A stretch of DNA of 64,000 nt, taken from assembly GCA_964291285.2 (NCBI GenBank), contig OZ219787.1:512001-576000 (forward strand), given 5' to 3'. The notes under the pieces are model-generated. The model was not told the DNA's origin. It saw nothing but the letters and a program-made list of their open reading frames with translations, and made no database searches. This document shows positions 62,575 through 64,000 of this stretch, piece by piece. How positions within the stretch are numbered: the stretch's first letter is position 1; each line of letters opens with the position of its first letter. Origin of the DNA: Alphaproteobacteria bacterium. GTDB lineage: Bacteria > Pseudomonadota > Alphaproteobacteria > Bin95. Both the position numbers and the translations under genes were made by a program.

Positions 62575-63943
62575 AAGCGTCCAGCACCGATTCGTGCATC
62601 GCCTCGGAAAGGGTCGGATGGGGAAAGACGGTATGCATCAGTTCCGCTTCCGTCGCCTCCAGATTGCGGGCGATGGCATATCCCTGGATGAGTTCCGTCA
62701 CCTCGGCGCCGATCATATGCGCCCCCAGCAACTCGCCCGTCGCCGCGTCGAACACGGTCTTGATGAGGCCCTCGGGCTCACCGAGCGCAATCGCCTTGCC
62801 GTTGCCGACATAGGGGAACCGCCCGACGCGGACCTCGTAACCGGCTTCCTTCGCAGCCGGCTCAGTATAGCCGATGCTGGCAACCTGCGGGCGGCAATAG
62901 GTGCAGCCCGGAATCGCGCCCTTGTCGAGCGGATGTAGCCCCTCCAGCCCGGCGATCTTCTCGACGCAGAGCACGCCCTCATGGCTGGCCTTGTGGGCGA
63001 GCCAGGGCGGGCCCACAAGGTCGCCGATGGCATAGACGCCGGGCTCACCGGTCCGCAGCCATTCATCGACGACAACATGGCCGGCCTCCACCCGGACACC
63101 CGTGCCTTCCAGGCCGAGGTCCTCGACATTGCCCGTTATGCCTACCGCCAGAATCGTCCTCTCGGCGTTCACGGTCACGGTTTCGCCCTCGGCGGTCCGC
63201 ACCTGGGCCGTGCCGTCCGAGAGCTCCATCACCTGCGCGCCCGTCATCAGGGTCATCCCCTGCTTGTGGAACGCCTTCAGCGCGAACTCGGAAATCTCCG
63301 GGTCTTCCACCGGAAGGATGCGGTCCACCAGCTCCACGACCGTCACCGGCACGCCCAGATTGCGGTAGAAGCTCGCGAACTCGATACCGATGGCGCCCGA
63401 GCCGACCACCAGCAGGCTCTCCGGCACAGCGTCGGGCACCATCGCCTCCTTGTAGCTCCAGACCGTCCTGCCGTCCGGCTCCAGGTTCGGCAGGGACCGC
63501 GCGCGCGCGCCGGCCGCAAGGATGATGTGGGGTGCAGCAAGCGCATCGACCTCCTGCCCGTCCTTCCCGACGGCGACGCGCCCGCTGCCCGCCAGCCGGC
63601 CCGCGCCGTCGATGACGGTCACCTTGTTCTTCCTCAGCAGGTGGGCGACGCCGCGCGACAACTGCCCGGCGACCTTCCGGGAGCGCTTCACGATCCGGCC
63701 GAGGTCGAAGGAAACATCGTCCGCGCTGAAGCCGTAGTCGCCGAGATTGTGCAGCAGGTGGTTGATCTCGGAGCTGCGCAGGAGGGCCTTGGTCGGGATG
63801 CAACCCCAATTGAGGCAGATACCGCCCAGATGCTCGCGCTCGACCAGCGCCGCGTTCATGCCGAGCTGCGCGGCGCGAATCGCCGCGACATAGCCGCCCG
63901 GTCCGCCGCCGACGACGACGAGATCGAATTGTTTGTCGGCCAT
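62552..63943 (-). CDS. lpdA: Dihydrolipoamide dehydrogenase
   Basis: [31 protein letters not shown]. Confidence 0.96.
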   Translation of the reverse strand: MADKQFDLVVVGGGPGGYVAAIRAAQLGMNAALVEREHLGGICLNWGCIPTKALLRSSEINHLLHNLGDYGFSADDVSFDLGRIVKRSRKVAGQLSRGVAHLLRKNKVTVIDGAGRLAGSGRVAVGKDGQEVDALAAPHIILAAGARARSLPNLEPDGRTVWSYKEAMVPDAVPESLLVVGSGAIGIEFASFYRNLGVPVTVVELVDRILPVEDPEISEFALKAFHKQGMTLMTGAQVMELSDGTAQVRTAEGETVTVNAERTILAVGITGNVEDLGLEGTGVRVEAGHVVVDEWLRTGEPGVYAIGDLVGPPWLAHKASHEGVLCVEKIAGLEGLHPLDKGAIPGCTYCRPQVASIGYTEPAAKEAGYEVRVGRFPYVGNGKAIALGEPEGLIKTVFDAATGELLGAHMIGAEVTELIQGYAIARNLEATEAELMHTVFPHPTLSEAMHESVLDAYGRAIHF

Positions 63944-63961
63944 TGCCTTACTCCGGGCGGG

Positions 63962-64000
63962 CTACAGCAACATGGCGGCCGGACACTCGACCAGCGCCTT
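63962..64000 (-). CDS. 3' end of pyruvate dehydrogenase E2 (partial)
   Basis: Reverse strand reads KALVECPAAMLL*, a typical E2 C-terminus, directly upstream of lpdA. Confidence 0.6.
   Translation of the reverse strand, partial: KALVECPAAMLL

Overview
High-GC alphaproteobacterial chromosome segment (Rhodospirillales-like gene order; taxon is inference). Most of it is conserved housekeeping DNA: ppiD-trpE-parE; TSUP-TIGR02186-USP; nifU-tsaB-rimI; mucR-olsB-olsA-miaB-phoH-ybeY-corC-lnt; metK-trmB-rimP-nusA-ylxR-infB-rbfA-truB-rpsO-pnp; gor-rpiA-gabD; msrA; lipA-lpdA-pdhC end. Three accessory zones stand out. (1) A defence islet at about 3.9-12.0 kb. An MmeI-like type IIL restriction-modification gene (931 aa when rejoined) is split by a 4049-bp IS21-family element (6527-10575) with TGT..ACA ends and a 5-bp CCCGT target duplication. 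Besides istA and istB, the element carries a strongly base-paired ~130-nt leader RNA candidate, an Arg-rich Cys-cluster protein and a primase-like TOPRIM protein with degenerate catalytic motifs. This is the best candidate for an undescribed system. (2) An aprM-aprB-aprA-sat sulfur-oxidation cassette inserted between USP and nifU, whose Sat has an unusual ~30-aa insertion. (3) A palindromic repeat element between 33-bp direct repeats, plus an orphan IS630-type HTH gene, between lnt and metK. No rRNA, tRNA or CRISPR array was recognised. All family calls come from recognising motifs by eye; no database searches were run.
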